The notes under the pieces are model-generated. The model saw only the letters and a program-made list of their open reading frames with translations. It did no database searches and had not been told where the DNA came from. The position numbers and the translations under genes were made by a program. From Cenococcum geophilum (Eukaryota), in the NCBI GenBank assembly GCA_050273025.1, contig CP158635.1:17484001-17548000 (forward strand): DNA of 64,000 nt, read 5' to 3'. The first letter of the stretch is position 1. Each line of letters starts with the position of its first letter. Below, one piece after another: positions 12,161 to 24,708 of the stretch.

Positions 12161-12689
12161 AAAGTGCAGGATTTTCTAGCGTTTCCGAAATTCACAGAAA
12201 CGATGAATTGATAAGGCGAGTATCGTGGATTGAGAGGTGATCGACTTTGTGATGAAATAGATGAGAAATTTCGGGTCCCTATGGAAAAACCAGGCACTGA
12301 CGCTAGATGAGCTGATATGTGAGATGTTTTGTCTCAATGCGCTAGTCTAGGCGTTATGTGGCGTTAAATCAACTGTCCAAGTCCCAGCAATTGCGGGGAT
12401 GACGAGGAAATTACCTTTGACATGCTCAATGAAATTTAATGAGAGGAAATTTGAACATAGAGACCTGCCGGAGGATCTGGGCAGTAACTCTTGGCAGTAA
12501 CTTTACTGCCCGAATCTTTTGATTAGCGGCGGCCTAGCAGGCGGTAAGGGTAGCCAAGGCACTACTCGGGCACCTATTTTACTAGTAAAAGCCATACAAA
12601 TGTAATGTTTACCAATACTCCCCCACCCCTGCATGCCCCGCAAGCTGCTGCACGATAAAACGAAGGTGCACGTACTTTTATGTGCTTTA

Positions 12690-14989
12690 CTCGGCCCCTC
12701 TCCGGCTGTTCTACAGATTCGCTTCGCAAATGGCCGCGCGCTGCGCGGCCCGACAGACTCAACACAAATACCAGCTCAACGCCAAAAATAATACAATTAT
12801 CTATTTCTAAGGCCTGTAGCCGCACAACCAGGGGTCCTTTTTTAATTCTGACACGTGCCAATAATAGCCGAGTACCTCCTTATTACACAGTGAATTACTA
12901 AGGCAGTAGAAGTGCTGCGCACACGTAGAAAACCGCATGTTACGGCATACGCTCGCGATCACGGCTTGCCCTACGACAGGCTTCTACACGCCTATAACGG
13001 CGGCAATAATAGGTCTACGCGTCCTCCTATAAATCAAGTGCTTAATAACGCTTAACTTCTTGCCCTTAAATTATACTTGGACTATATAGATCGAATTAGG
13101 TTCGGTATTCGTTATTAGTAGGTTACTAATGCGGCTAACGCAATCCTTACAGAAGGATAGGCAATCGAATACAAAGAACCGCCGAAAGTAGGCATTAATT
13201 AGGGCAGGAGATAACTTAAGAGGCATCTAAAATATACAAGAATTACGCAGAAACCGATAGACGTACAGCGCAAGCGTGCCCAACAGCCTGCCTCTATTGC
13301 GCAGTGGTTTACAGATCTTTATAGCTACTGCCTTAAGTGGGGTATATTAGACGATGACGTATAGAATTTTAACGAGAGCGGCATACGAATAGGGATCGTA
13401 AAGAATTAATACGTTTTTACACAGAACGGACGACAGGTTTTTATGCCGCATAGAAATAACAGGGAGCTTATTACGCTTATAGAGGCTATAAGCGGTAGTA
13501 GCAATCATATCCCGCCAATGGTTATAATTGCAGTAAAAACTATACTCAAAAAATGGTGCGATTAATTGCCAGCCGGCTATCTCATTTATACGACAGAGAG
13601 TAGCTACTCTACGGATATTACGTGCCTAGATTATATTAAGCATTTCTATAAGATAACAAAGAATCAAGTTAAGGGCACGTGGAGACTACTTCTAATGGAC
13701 GGCTATGACTCCCACCACACGTACGAGTTCCTCTCGTATATAGAGAGGAAGAAAATTAAGATATATACGCTTCCTCCACATACGTCACATTTCCTACAAC
13801 CACTAGATATAGGCTGCTTCCAGCTAATAAAGTGGCACCATAGCCAGGCTCTTAACGAATTAGCTTGGTATAGCGGCCACAAATTTAACAAGACCAATTT
13901 CCTTGCTACGCTGCCCTATATTAGGCAGCGCACGTTTACACAAAGTATAATTACTGCAGGCTTCGGGCGCACGGGTATTGTACCGTTCAATCCTAAGAAA
14001 GTTCTTCCACATCTACGTTTCTTAGAGAATGTTAACCCCAATTAAATTACATAAGAAGTTATATACGAACGACCTCTTAATCCACAACTTATAGGCCCAA
14101 TTAGGGCCAGCAGGCCTTAGCCTACAGAGGAGGAGCTACGCTTTATTAACCATCCCTAGCCGGATATTGCTGCTTTTAATATACGTGCGTGGGAGGCCTC
14201 TCGTGGCGTAGGACGCCCAAAAACTCCACCATATTAGCACGTTGCAGATACAGATTGGACGACGCCACTAACCGTACGTACTCTTAAACGCCAAGCCGAC
14301 GATTTAGTCCAATTAGACATTAATCCAGTTATTATACGGTCCTTAGAATCAACTCTTAGAGGGGCTATTAGCCAGGCCTACGCCGGCGCAGAGTACCAGC
14401 GGGAGCTACACAGAATACAAGCCGCTCAAGCTGCGTACAATTCTCGTAAGAAGGCCAGCCGCCGAGTTGTAAAGACAGGAGGGCCTATATACGCAGAGAC
14501 TGCGCGCAAAATGAAGGTAGCAAGGCTCGCTACCGACGCCGCTCGTACGCTACAGGTGGCCATAGAACAGGAAGTAGCTACAACTAAAGCATAGAGGAAG
14601 AAGTACAAGGAACGCGTTATGCCTAATCTTAGGCGTATTAGCAAGGCCTAGGGCAAGGTTTACAACCCTACAGAGCCTATTAGGTGGCGTATATCACGCC
14701 TAATATACAGTGATTTGGACGCGAGGCGTGCGGCAGTAAAGCGATGGCTGCGACCGCGTACGGCAGCCGAGCCTGTTTTTAGTGACTCAGAATCTGATGA
14801 GGACGTATAGGACAAGGCCCAGGAATTTATTCCGGGTTAATTAGGCCCTGTGCTAGAGGGCTAGCTAGTTTCTAAGTCAATCCGTATATTATTTTGGCGT
14901 TGAGCTAGTATTTGTGTTGAGCCTGTCGGGCCGCGCAGCGCGCGGCCATTTGCGAAGCGAATCTGTAGAACAGCCGGAGAGGGGCCGAG
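12690..14989 (+). mobile_element. Fot1/pogo-family DNA transposon (2.3 kb), RIP-mutated
   Basis: ~100-bp TIRs starting CTCGGCCCCTCTCCGGCTG, TA TSDs (12688-12689, 14990-14991), internal DDE_1-type transposase. Confidence 0.93.
12860..14840 (+). pseudogene. Fot1/pogo transposase (HTH + DDE_1), inactivated by RIP-type stops; ends approximate
   Basis: Motifs V*NFNESGIRIG (WNFDE), RELITLIEAISG, LLLMDGYDSH, LPPHTSHFLQPLDIGCFQ, GFGRTGIVPFNP. Multiple TAA/TAG interruptions. Confidence 0.92.
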
Positions 14990-14994
14990 TACGC

Positions 14995-15630
14995 GTTTTC
15001 CCCTACACGTCTCTCTACACGTCTCTCTACGCGTCTCTCTACGCGTCTCTCTCTTCATGTCTCTCTCTATGCGTCTCCCTTTTTATATAAGAGAGGCACG
15101 GGCGAGACACGGGCAGCAGAGGCACGAGCAGAGGCACGAGCAGAGGCGCGAGTAGAGCTACGAGTAGAGGCGTGAGTAGAGCCACGAGCAGAGCCACGAG
15201 CAGAGCTACGAGTAGAGCCACGGGTAGAGCTATAGAGGTGCGAGGCGTAGAGGTGGAAGGGGGTGTCTAGAAAGGGAATGTTAAAGCTAAGCCTTAATTT
15301 ACCCCTGTAGATCAACTGCGCACTGTTCATCTAGACCCACCCCCCCACCGACCCACTTTCCTATCTAGACTGCCCCCTTTACTTCTTCTCTCTTTGCTCC
15401 TCCCTCTGCTCCTCCCTCTGCTCGTGGCTCTACTCGTGGCTCTACTCGTGGCTCTGCTCGTGGCTCTACCCGTGTCTCCTTGCGTTTCCTTGTGCGTTTC
15501 TTGCACGTCTTATGGGGGGTTAGGTAGAGAGGTGTAAAGACAGACGCAAATATGAAGACGCAAAGACGCGGAGATATGAAGGCGTAGAGGCGTAGAGGCG
15601 TAGAGGCGCGGGGGCGTAGAGGCGTAGGGA
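14995..15630. repeat. Short tandem arrays in inverted arrangement inside the MULE-like element
   Basis: 12-bp GTCTCTCTACRC array (~15005-15075), 12-bp CACGAGYAGAGS array (~15115-15230), its reverse complement GCTCTACTCGTG array (~15415-15470) and a GGCGTAGA array (~15580-15627). Confidence 0.85.
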
Positions 15631-16736
15631 GAGGTGTAAAGGCGCAGAGGTACCTCTAGGGGTAAACCCTGCTAAATTAAGCTACGACTCTAAAAAATAA
15701 GCTCTAAGCCACTAATTTTGCACCGGCAGAATGAAACTTGGCAGAAGATTCGGGCAGTAAAGTTACTGCCAAGAGTTACTGCCCGGATCCTGTCCGGAGA
15801 CCTGCAACAGCAGAAGCTGCTTGGCCCTGGCCTGGAGTCCCACAAGTGTTGCCACACCAGACTCTGGACAACGGGATATGTATGGATCGACAATTTAATG
15901 GCAACCGGAATGAATGTGATTCGTAGCCCAAATGCGAGATTCTTGTCAGGTGCTATCACAGCAATGATGCCGGTGTATGTGCAAGCGATACAGTATCTGG
16001 AAGCGCACAGATCCCGATCGATAGTCTTCCCTCAAGAGACAAATGGCTTTTGGCTAATCATCATAATTCGAATACAGATCAAGGATTCTGGGTTGTCCAA
16101 GTCACCCTTCAAAGGGTGGAGGGAAAGGGGCGTACTTGAGCTGACTTATGAGCTGTTTTGCCATGCACTTTTCGATTTGACAGTGAGAGTTCAGGGTTTA
16201 ATTGCAGGGGCTAGTCGCGTCGATCAAGGGCCCAGGGCGCTTGGAGATGCCTGCGAACATGCCGGACTTGGTAAAAGATGCGAATCATGGTGCAAATTAA
16301 TGAATTGGCATTTTCGGGTGTGGATGGGTTGTGCACCCTGAAATACAAATTCGAAAGAATCTCGCGTAGACTCGATTTTACTACCGTACGGATATTAAAG
16401 GAACTCATCCCTTTGTGTGTTTGAATTCATGGACTTTTAGTTCCCGCGCGCCGTCGAGCGACGGACTGACGCCAAAAGCCACGTATATAGCTTCTATACT
16501 GTAATAAGCTTGGTGTCGCAGGCCTCCCTAGCTCTGGCGTTCGGAATCTGCCGCATCGCTGCCCTCAGCAGATGTCAATTTTTTGATGCATATCAATCGA
16601 ATCTCATTGTAATATCGACTTCCTCACCCATCAATAGATCTTTCAAGCTCTTCCTCGCCAACGCCCGCCTGGACGGCTTTTATGCAGTCCTTCCAGTCGC
16701 CTCAGTATATACACAGCTCACTAATTAATCGGGTAA

Positions 16737-19285
16737 CCCGCGTGCGGACGCTGATTATAGGTAAGGACTCACCAACGCCGCAGCGCCAGTATATGTCGCC
16801 ATATAGTATATAGGTGGTAGAGGTAATGGACGAGGACAAGGATGCAGAGGAGGCAGAGGAGGCAGAGGAGGTAGGATTTCGAGCCACAATCAAGCCGCAT
16901 AGTAAGCGAGCTGATAAGGGCTATAAGGAGGACTAGGTGGACGATACTACTCTGCCTAAATTGTTAGTTAATAAGGTTCAAAAGCTAGGCCTTCCATCTA
17001 TTCCTACTAGCTGGCAGCCCATGGATTATATTCCTAAGGAGCCTATACGTATTATGAACCTTCCGCACGAGTTCTATATTGCTGCTTAGCAAGCTAGTAA
17101 GGAAATCAGTGAGGAGAGCGTTGTCGCTAGTAGCTGCGAAGGTCCTCCAAATAAGCCTCCCATTAATCTTACTGATCGCTCTGAACGCCAAGCCCATATT
17201 TCTATACTAGATCGTCAGGAAATAGGCTCATTAGAGGGGTGTAGAAGCGGGTGGGACCTACCGCTAAGGATCTTCCTGCTATTCTTTAGTCTTCCTATAT
17301 TTAAATTGCTCGCTACTAACACTAATCTCTATGCTACTAAGCACAACACTAACGGTATTCACTAAACAGGACGCTATATAGGCAGAAAGAAGAGGCTCTA
17401 AAGGGACACATTAGCGGGTAAACTAATGATTTGGATCGGCCTCATTATCTATATAGGAGTCTTCCGGCAGCGCCAGCCACGTAATATTTGGAGGAAAGAT
17501 AATAAATTCCCTATATATATAATCAGCAGCTTTATACCAAAGGCTTAGTGGGAGTAGCTTAAGCGTTATTTCCACATATTGTCGCCCGCGATAGATAACG
17601 TTAGGGAGCACCTATACGCTAAAATTAAACCTCTCACCAGCGCCCTCGGTGAGGCCTTTTAACGATTTATAGTGCCTAGATCTATAGTATCTATTAATAA
17701 GATAATAGTGAGGTTTACTAGTAGATTAAGCCATAAGATTAAGATACTAGGCAAGCTAGTTCCTAAAGGATATAAGATTCTAAGCCTTTATTAGTATAGA
17801 TATTGCTTTAGCTTTATATTTAGCAGCGGCCTTAATAAATATTATTACCTACCTACTAGAACCGAACTTACCGATATTACGCTTAATCCTATATTAGAAG
17901 CTGTCTTCTACCTCTACCGCCTTCTTCTAATAAATATCTAACGATTTTGCCTATTTTGTGATAACTTCTTTAGCAATATTTAACTGTTTAAGGCCCTCTG
18001 GCGGATTAAAATTGCTGCCTACGGTACAGCTTATGCAAATTCCATTAATTATCCAATGGTATATAAGACGGTGGATAAGAAGAAGGCAAGGCTGCCGTTT
18101 AACCTTATTTCTAGAGTAGAGGTCAGTAAAATCCTCTTAATTGTGTAGCAGTATAAGAATCTAGTGCGTTTCCTTACTACTACACATAACTGCGGTGTAG
18201 ATAACATTAGTAAGGTTAAGCGGCGTCGCCTAAGGCCTTATAATTCATTCCTAAAAGAGCTAGTTATACGCGTCTAGGGTAATAAGGCTAGGAAGAAGCT
18301 AATGCTGCCACGTCTATCAATTAATTACAATAACTGGATAGGAGGCGTTGACATCCATAATTAATTACGAAGCTACTATACTACACAAATTACGTCAGTT
18401 AGGAATTAGATGCCGCTATTCTTTTAGGCGCTTAATATAGCAGTTATTAACGCCTTCCTTATTAGTAAAACACTGTTTAGAACCTTAAGGAAGCCGTTCC
18501 TAAAGACGCACTAACTGTTCCAAATTTAACTAGCCTGGAATCTTGTCGTCCTTGGCAGTAAAAGGATGGGGGTAACTAATAAGGAAGTACAAGCCCTTAC
18601 CCACTCTATTAACGTTCTAAATCCTAGCTAATATTAACGTAGTAAAGGCCCTGGCTATAGAAATAGCGGCCCACAAAGGAGCGAGTATGTCACGTTAAAT
18701 ACTCCCCTTCTATTAATTCGACAGCAGCTTGGCTCTTATACTTAACGTTCTACATATTCGCGAACTTACGGCTTAAAAGCTCTTCCATATTACTGGCTTT
18801 ATAGGTAAAAGAAGGCTAGAAACGCTATTATAAAGGCACGCTAGATAACTACCGAGTGTTCTATTTATTTAAAGCCTCTATATAAGAGCTGCTTTATAGA
18901 GTTCCATTTAAGAGCTAACTAATTAGTAACTACTTTCTACCACTATTTTTGACCTTCTATTAATATAGACAATCCTTAGCTGCCTATATAATCTACCTGC
19001 TCTACCAGATCCTTCAGCCTAGCACTTAACGCGGCAAAGCTGCTCCTCCACTAAATAACTTAACGGCGTAGGTAATACTGGTTTAAAGGGAGGGGAGGAC
19101 TCTATATTCGTTAAGGTAGTAAATATAATTAAATTAGACATTATTTTTATCTATATTATATATATAAGCAACTAGCAGCTGCTTTAAAAGCTCCTTACCT
19201 ACAACTATAATAGTGTCTTAATTTTAGTGTATAGGCCTCCTAAAAATAACGCTTGAGGGTTTTAGGCCTAGCGCCCGCACGAAGG
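16737..19285 (+). mobile_element. piggyBac-family transposon, RIP-degraded
   Basis: Transposase relics: SIVSINKIIVRFTSRLSHKIKILGKLVPKGYKI (= SIDEMMVRFTGRS..KMPGKP.PEGYK, ~17680), CDNFFSNI (~17958), YNNWIGGVDIHN*LRSYY (~18326) and C-terminal Cys-rich ECSI..KPL.KSCF.EFH (~18855-18907). Candidate TIRs CCCGCGTGCGGACGCT / AGCGCCCGCACGAAGG; TTAA TSDs not intact. Confidence 0.85.
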
Positions 19286-19727
19286 AGCTGCTAAGAACGC
19301 CAGGTCATAAGAAACACACGAAGGGATAGACTACTACCTAGCTATTAAATTAAGGCATCGGCTAAGTAGTTAAAAATTAGGAACCCCTTAAATTAGACTA
19401 TAAGTAATATAAGAACGGCACGTAGTGCCCTAGTATAATCTATAACTCTGTAAGAGTATATATATTAGGTCCCGCCGCGCTTACGACAAGTTCGCAAGCA
19501 CTCTCAGTCTTTTTGGCTATATGGCGACGTGGAGGCGGGCCACGTTACAAACTCCTATAGTACCGGACGTATAGCTTGCCGTTAATTTAGTAGCTTACTA
19601 TATAGCTAGTCCTACTATAGGTTTAGTGTATACTTAGCCTATATATAGCGACCCCTATAGATAGGCCCTTAGTAATTAAGGAGCTTACTTCTTATATAGC
19701 TAGAAAGACTACTTTATAAAGGACTAC

Positions 19728-22372
19728 TATAAGGGTTATTTTGGCCCTTACTCGGCTACATCGCCTAGGGGCTCTTAGGGGTCGCCAAGGCTAGCCTCGG
19801 CTAGCCCTTGGCACCTCCTTATAAGTACCCCAGGCTTACAGCCCTTCCCTCCTCATCGGTTCGTCTCCGTACGAGGCTATTGCCTACTCTTTACCATATC
19901 GTCCTCTTCCATCGACTCCCTATATGACTCATGCTCGGCTTGCCTGCTCCCTACCGTACACCCTGGCAATACTGCCTTACATTCGAACCGATCCTACACC
20001 CTCGCGGGTAGTAGCCTGCAGCAAGCCGAGGGCTGCGCCCTCGAGCAAAATCACGATCCTCCATTTTTACCTAGGACGATCGCGTTCACTGCGACACAGC
20101 AGGTACACCAGCAGATGCCTGGCAGATCGCATCCGCATACAAAGGTTCATTGGAATACGGATTAGGTCCTCTACCTTACCTAGGACGATCGCGTATGCTG
20201 TAAAGCAGCTACACCAGCAAGACGTCTGGCAGATCGCATCCGCTTACGGTGGTAGATACGGATTAGGAGATAAGGGAGACGGTAGCTACCTGGCCAAGGG
20301 TTAGGGGTTATCCGGATCGTACGCGATCATCTCTCGACGCGATTGGTATACCCGCATACGATCGACAGTGCAGCGGTGCAGCTCTGCCCCGACGGCGACC
20401 CAAAGGTGATTTGATTGCTATCCGAAAGCTTTCTGGTAGAAGTTAAGGGGGATCCTACGCGATTAAGCTTGCAAACACTCTATAGGCCAACCGCGGTTTA
20501 CTCGCTACAGAGGTCCCACTAACAGAGATTGGAAGGTTAAACGTCCTTAAAGAGATGTAGCTACCCTGGAGGCTATCCGATTGCTATTTAATGGCCATCC
20601 GAAGAACTAACGGCTAGTTTTTAAAGCTATAGCTACTACCCTCTCTTCCAGATTAAATGCAATTAAGGGCTACTGCCCAATCAGCTAAAGGGCTGCCGAG
20701 ACTAAACCGTAGGCGGTTGTCTTATTAAGCTACGGCTTACCTTAAGAGCTTCGGCTTAGAGATTCTATGTGATCTTGTAAGCTACTGCTTGCTTTAAGAG
20801 CTATAGCTTGCCCAAGAGAATGGCAGCAGCTTAGAGATTGTACGCGATCATCTTTCTGCAAGGCTTTGGTCGCTCCAAGAGCTCTAGCTTGCATTAAGAG
20901 CTACAGCCTGCCCAAGAGAATGGCGGCGGCTTAAAGATCCTATGTGATCTCTTACGGAGCTACGGCTCCGACCTGGAGACTCTTTGGCTGTCAGCCAAAG
21001 GGCTGCCGAGACTTAATCGTACGCGATTGTCTCTTCTGAAGTTATAAGCTTAGCTTATGAGATCCTATTGCGGTTAAATGCCATCCTTAAGCTATAGCTA
21101 CAGCTTTAAGAGCTACGGCTTATTGAGATCGTACGCGATCTCTTTATAAGGCTTTAGTCGCTCTAAGAGCTCTAGCTTGCATTAAGAGCTATAGCTTGCC
21201 TAAGAGAATAGCAGCAGCTTAAAGATTGTACGCGATTATCTCTCTGTAAGGCTTTGGTCGCTCTAAGAGCTTTAGCTTGCATTAAGAGCTATAGCTTGCT
21301 AAAGAGAATGGCGGCGGCTTAAAGATCCTATGTAATCTCTTCTTATTGCTAATATTACTCTGTAATAACAGTGTAATTTAAAAGGAAGGAAACACGCGTA
21401 TAGCTATTTAGCTATTACTTCCTTACAAAAACTAATTACGCGGCCGGGGGAAGGCAATTAAGACGTTAATTTAAAGTCTTTAAAAGAGCTACGTCTTATA
21501 AAGATCGTACGCAATCTCTTAGTAAGGCTTTAGTCGCTCTAAGAGCTCTAGCTTATATTAAGAGCTATAGCTTACCTAAGAGAATGGCAGTAGCTTAAAG
21601 ATCCTACGCAATCTCTTAGTAAGGCTTTAGTTGCTTTAAGAGCTTTAGCTTACTTTAAAAGCTTATAAAACCCTATTAATATCTCTCTAAACCCCTTCCG
21701 GGACAAGCCCTTTATAATCTCCCGCTACCGTAAGGTAATAGAGGGGGTTAACTGTAAAAAGGGGGGGGGTAATATAAGGGATATTCTTGCGATTAAGCCG
21801 GCTCTAAGTAAAGACTATTTGGCTGTCAGCTATAGAGCTATTAAGACTTAATCGCAGGCAATTATCTCCAAGACTGATTATATACGATTAAGTCTTACCC
21901 TACTAGCAGACGCTCTTTTCCTACCTAAATTAGGCCTTTTTTCCTACTGGGTTTTGGCTATAGGTTAAGGTTTTTATTAAGGCTGCTTGGCTAGTCCTTT
22001 TCCCCTATTTCTTTATTCCCCTATATAAGTAAGGCTTTTATACTACTTACCTTTCTATATATAGAATTAATCTATTGGGATACGGGCTAGAGGCTAGCCC
22101 TAATTAAGGGGGGGGCAATATAAGGGTTATTTTAGCCCTTACTCGGCTATATTACCTAGGGGCTCTTAAGGGTCACCAAGGCTAGCCTCGGCTAGCCCTT
22201 GGCACCTCCTTATAAGCACCCTAGGCTTATAGCCCTTCCCTCCTTATTAGTTTGTCTCCGTACGAGGCTATTGCCTACTCTTTACTATATCGTCCTCTTC
22301 CATTAACTCCCTATGTGACTTATGCTCGGCTTGCCTACTCCCTACTATATACCCTGGTAATACTGCCTTATA
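19728..22372 (+). mobile_element. Non-autonomous LTR retroelement (TRIM/LARD-like, 2645 bp), related to Gypsy W
   Basis: 254-bp LTRs at 19728-19981 and 22119-22372, TSD ACTAC on both sides, PPT AAGGGGGGGG at ~22106-22115. No gag/pol; the interior is tandem repeats plus two segments homologous to the 3' region of Gypsy W. Confidence 0.92.
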
Positions 22373-22703
22373 ACTACCTAATAGGGATAAAAATAGATAA
22401 GGTTTTATTAATCTAAATAGATAGTATAGAGTTAGAAAAGGAGGAGCTTTAGAGAAAGACTTATCTTTAGGATTAAAAGAGATTAATATATTATATATTA
22501 ATCCTAATTGGCTAATTAGCAGAAAAAGCTATACTATCTCTTATACTTTATTCTATAATAGATATTAAGATCTAACCTCTACTTTAGATAACTCCAGAGT
22601 AAATATCTTTACTTTAATAGATATTTAGTGCACTATAAAGCTAGCTAACTTTCTAAATATACTCCTAAAAGATCTACCTAAACTAATTTCTATTTATAGA
22701 TAT

Positions 22704-22849
22704 TGTAACGGCGCTGTAGCGCGTTACCTAGTTAGGGGTTCGCTTAGGACTTGGCATATATATATAGACATGGCCTTACCACCTTCTCTTACTTTTTAGC
22801 TTAATATCTTCGTAATAAGCCAGCTAAGCTCTCTATAGAGAATGTTATA
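22704..22849. mobile_element. Possible solitary LTR fragment
   Basis: TGTAAC...GTTATA (RIP form of GTTACA) ends with an internal TATA-like run. No partner copy or TSD found. Confidence 0.35.
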
Positions 22850-23361
22850 CGGGAATGTAGGTGTATAAAAGTGTGGACTCTATAAGGTGGAGTTATCCCT
22901 TTAGGACAACTCTATATACTAGCTAAGCGATAATTACGTGACCTAAGGAAGCCCCTATAGATGCCCTAGCCCCCCCCCACTAATAGAGAACTTCGGCCTT
23001 ATATAGTTTTAAAGGACGATAAGAAATACTAGATACTCTTATAAGAATACCCCTAATTAATATAAGTATATTAAGGTAAAGTACTTTATTAAATATATAT
23101 AACCTTAAAGAATAGTTAAATAGCTAATTATATTATATTTAGGCAATTTTTAAAAAAATTCATACTTAAAACTAAGTTATTTAGTAATAAAGCTTAATTA
23201 TATTTCCTTAATAGCTATATAAGTTATTATATAAAATATAAAATATAAAGCTTATTTTTTGTTACTTTATTTAATATAATAACCCTTAAATCTATATTAT
23301 TTCTCCTCTATTAAGTTAATATATTTTAAGCAGATTATAAAGTATATATATCTTAATAATA

Positions 23362-24708
23362 TAACTCCAAGAAAAAAGGAGCTCTTGCTATACCTGGCCT
23401 AAAAAGACTAAAACCAACTAAAAGAACCCTGAAAAACACCTAGAGAATCCCCCTAAGATGCATATATTGTAGAGGAGGCATACATTAAATAACGGTAGTT
23501 TATACTCGCGTGTGTCCGCTAAACCTATGCCTAGCAATAGCCCTCTATAATAAGAATAGGCGAATACTATACTATAAAGCGGGAAGACCTTTATTAAGAA
23601 GGCATCTAATAAAATATAAAGCCTATTAGACGCGTTTAGTATCCGTAATTATAGGGGAGTAACTGTTAGCTATAATAAACCAATGCAGCTAGCAGAATGG
23701 CTCCACCAGTCTAGCGAATTTTAGGCGCCCCTTTAGTAAACCCTTAATTAAATCCTCTAACGGCTAAGTAAAATTAAAAATAAATAAAACCCTTTTTACT
23801 AGCAAGCCGTACCTAGGCTACTATAGCTGCGCTTTTATAGTATAGGGAACCTATCCCCCTTAAGATAATAACCGGGTATATAATTATAATAAAACTAAAT
23901 ATAGAAAAAATAGAGTAACTTAGGGGATAATTAGAAATAGAAGTCCTTATAAAGATTTATAAAGAGGTTTATAATACTATTATAGTCTAATACCTTAGGA
24001 GCGGAGATATTAGAGTTACCCTAAAGGACTAATAGGTAAAGAAATAAGCCGTATGGGTAGGGGATAGGCTAGGAGAATGTATTAGTATAAAAGTGCTCCG
24101 TAAAGATTACCTAGTTAAAATCCTAATAGTCCCCCTAAGCTTTAGGGTAAAAAAGGGACGCTAGATAGATAATATAGCAACTATATATAAAATAGTAAAA
24201 TAAACGGAACGCCTTATACTAGGATTTAAGATTACCTATATTTAATAGCTTTAATAAGAAAATATAAATTAAGTATATAATAAGAATAATAAGAGGATAT
24301 AAGGGTTGCCAGAGACTTATTAGGGAGTCGCTAGTTAAGCGTATGGCTTCCTTATTGTTAGTATATATATACTAGGAATATAAAAACTCCTTATCTAAAA
24401 AGGTATTATTATAAATGGCCTTATATATAACGTAAGGCTTTATAACTATAAACTCCGCCTAAAATAATGCTATTACTATGTATAATAGGGATATACCTAA
24501 TCTATATGCGCAGTATAGGTGTGCTACGGCTACTGTATAGGCCCCTATAATATAAGACACTACTTAAACTAAGACTAAATAAAATACGTAAACTGCCACT
24601 AAAGCATATATAAGGCGTAGGAGAGAGAAGACTGTATTAAATATAGGCGACGGAAGGTAAGGGCTTAATAGCTACGGGAATAACTATACGCTAGGTTATA
24701 TAAATAGA
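23362..24708 (+). mobile_element. Tad1-like LINE copy A (5' UTR + most of ORF1; 3' part missing)
   Basis: Colinear with the starts of copies B (26349-) and C (43487-). RIPed CCHC knuckles (C..C..WGH...C / C..C.GPH....C) near 24468-24563. Similarity stops at ~24708. Confidence 0.88.

Larger units (their letters stand above)
12469..15796. mobile_element. Non-autonomous Mutator (MULE)-like element, ~1.0 kb without the nested pogo
   Basis: ~50-bp TIRs (GGATCTGGGCAGTAACTCTTGGCAGTAACTTTACTGCCCGAATCTT and its inverse ending at 15796). Perfect 9-bp TSD GAGACCTGC at 12460-12468 and 15797-15805; 9-bp TSDs are typical of MULEs. Confidence 0.8.

Noticed and set aside
15039..15330. Leu/Val- or Ser/Arg-repeat ORFs (MALLVALLVALL..)
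   Set aside because: Translation artefacts of the 12-bp tandem array in the MULE-like element.
1..16700. Starship/giant-element cargo interpretation of the host genes
   Set aside because: No tyrosine-recombinase (DUF3435) captain or element boundary is visible in the window. It cannot be excluded outside the window.
19289..19727. Possible additional LTR (TGCTAAGA..CGACA) hosting the non-autonomous element
   Set aside because: No second copy, TSD or coding relic could be identified.
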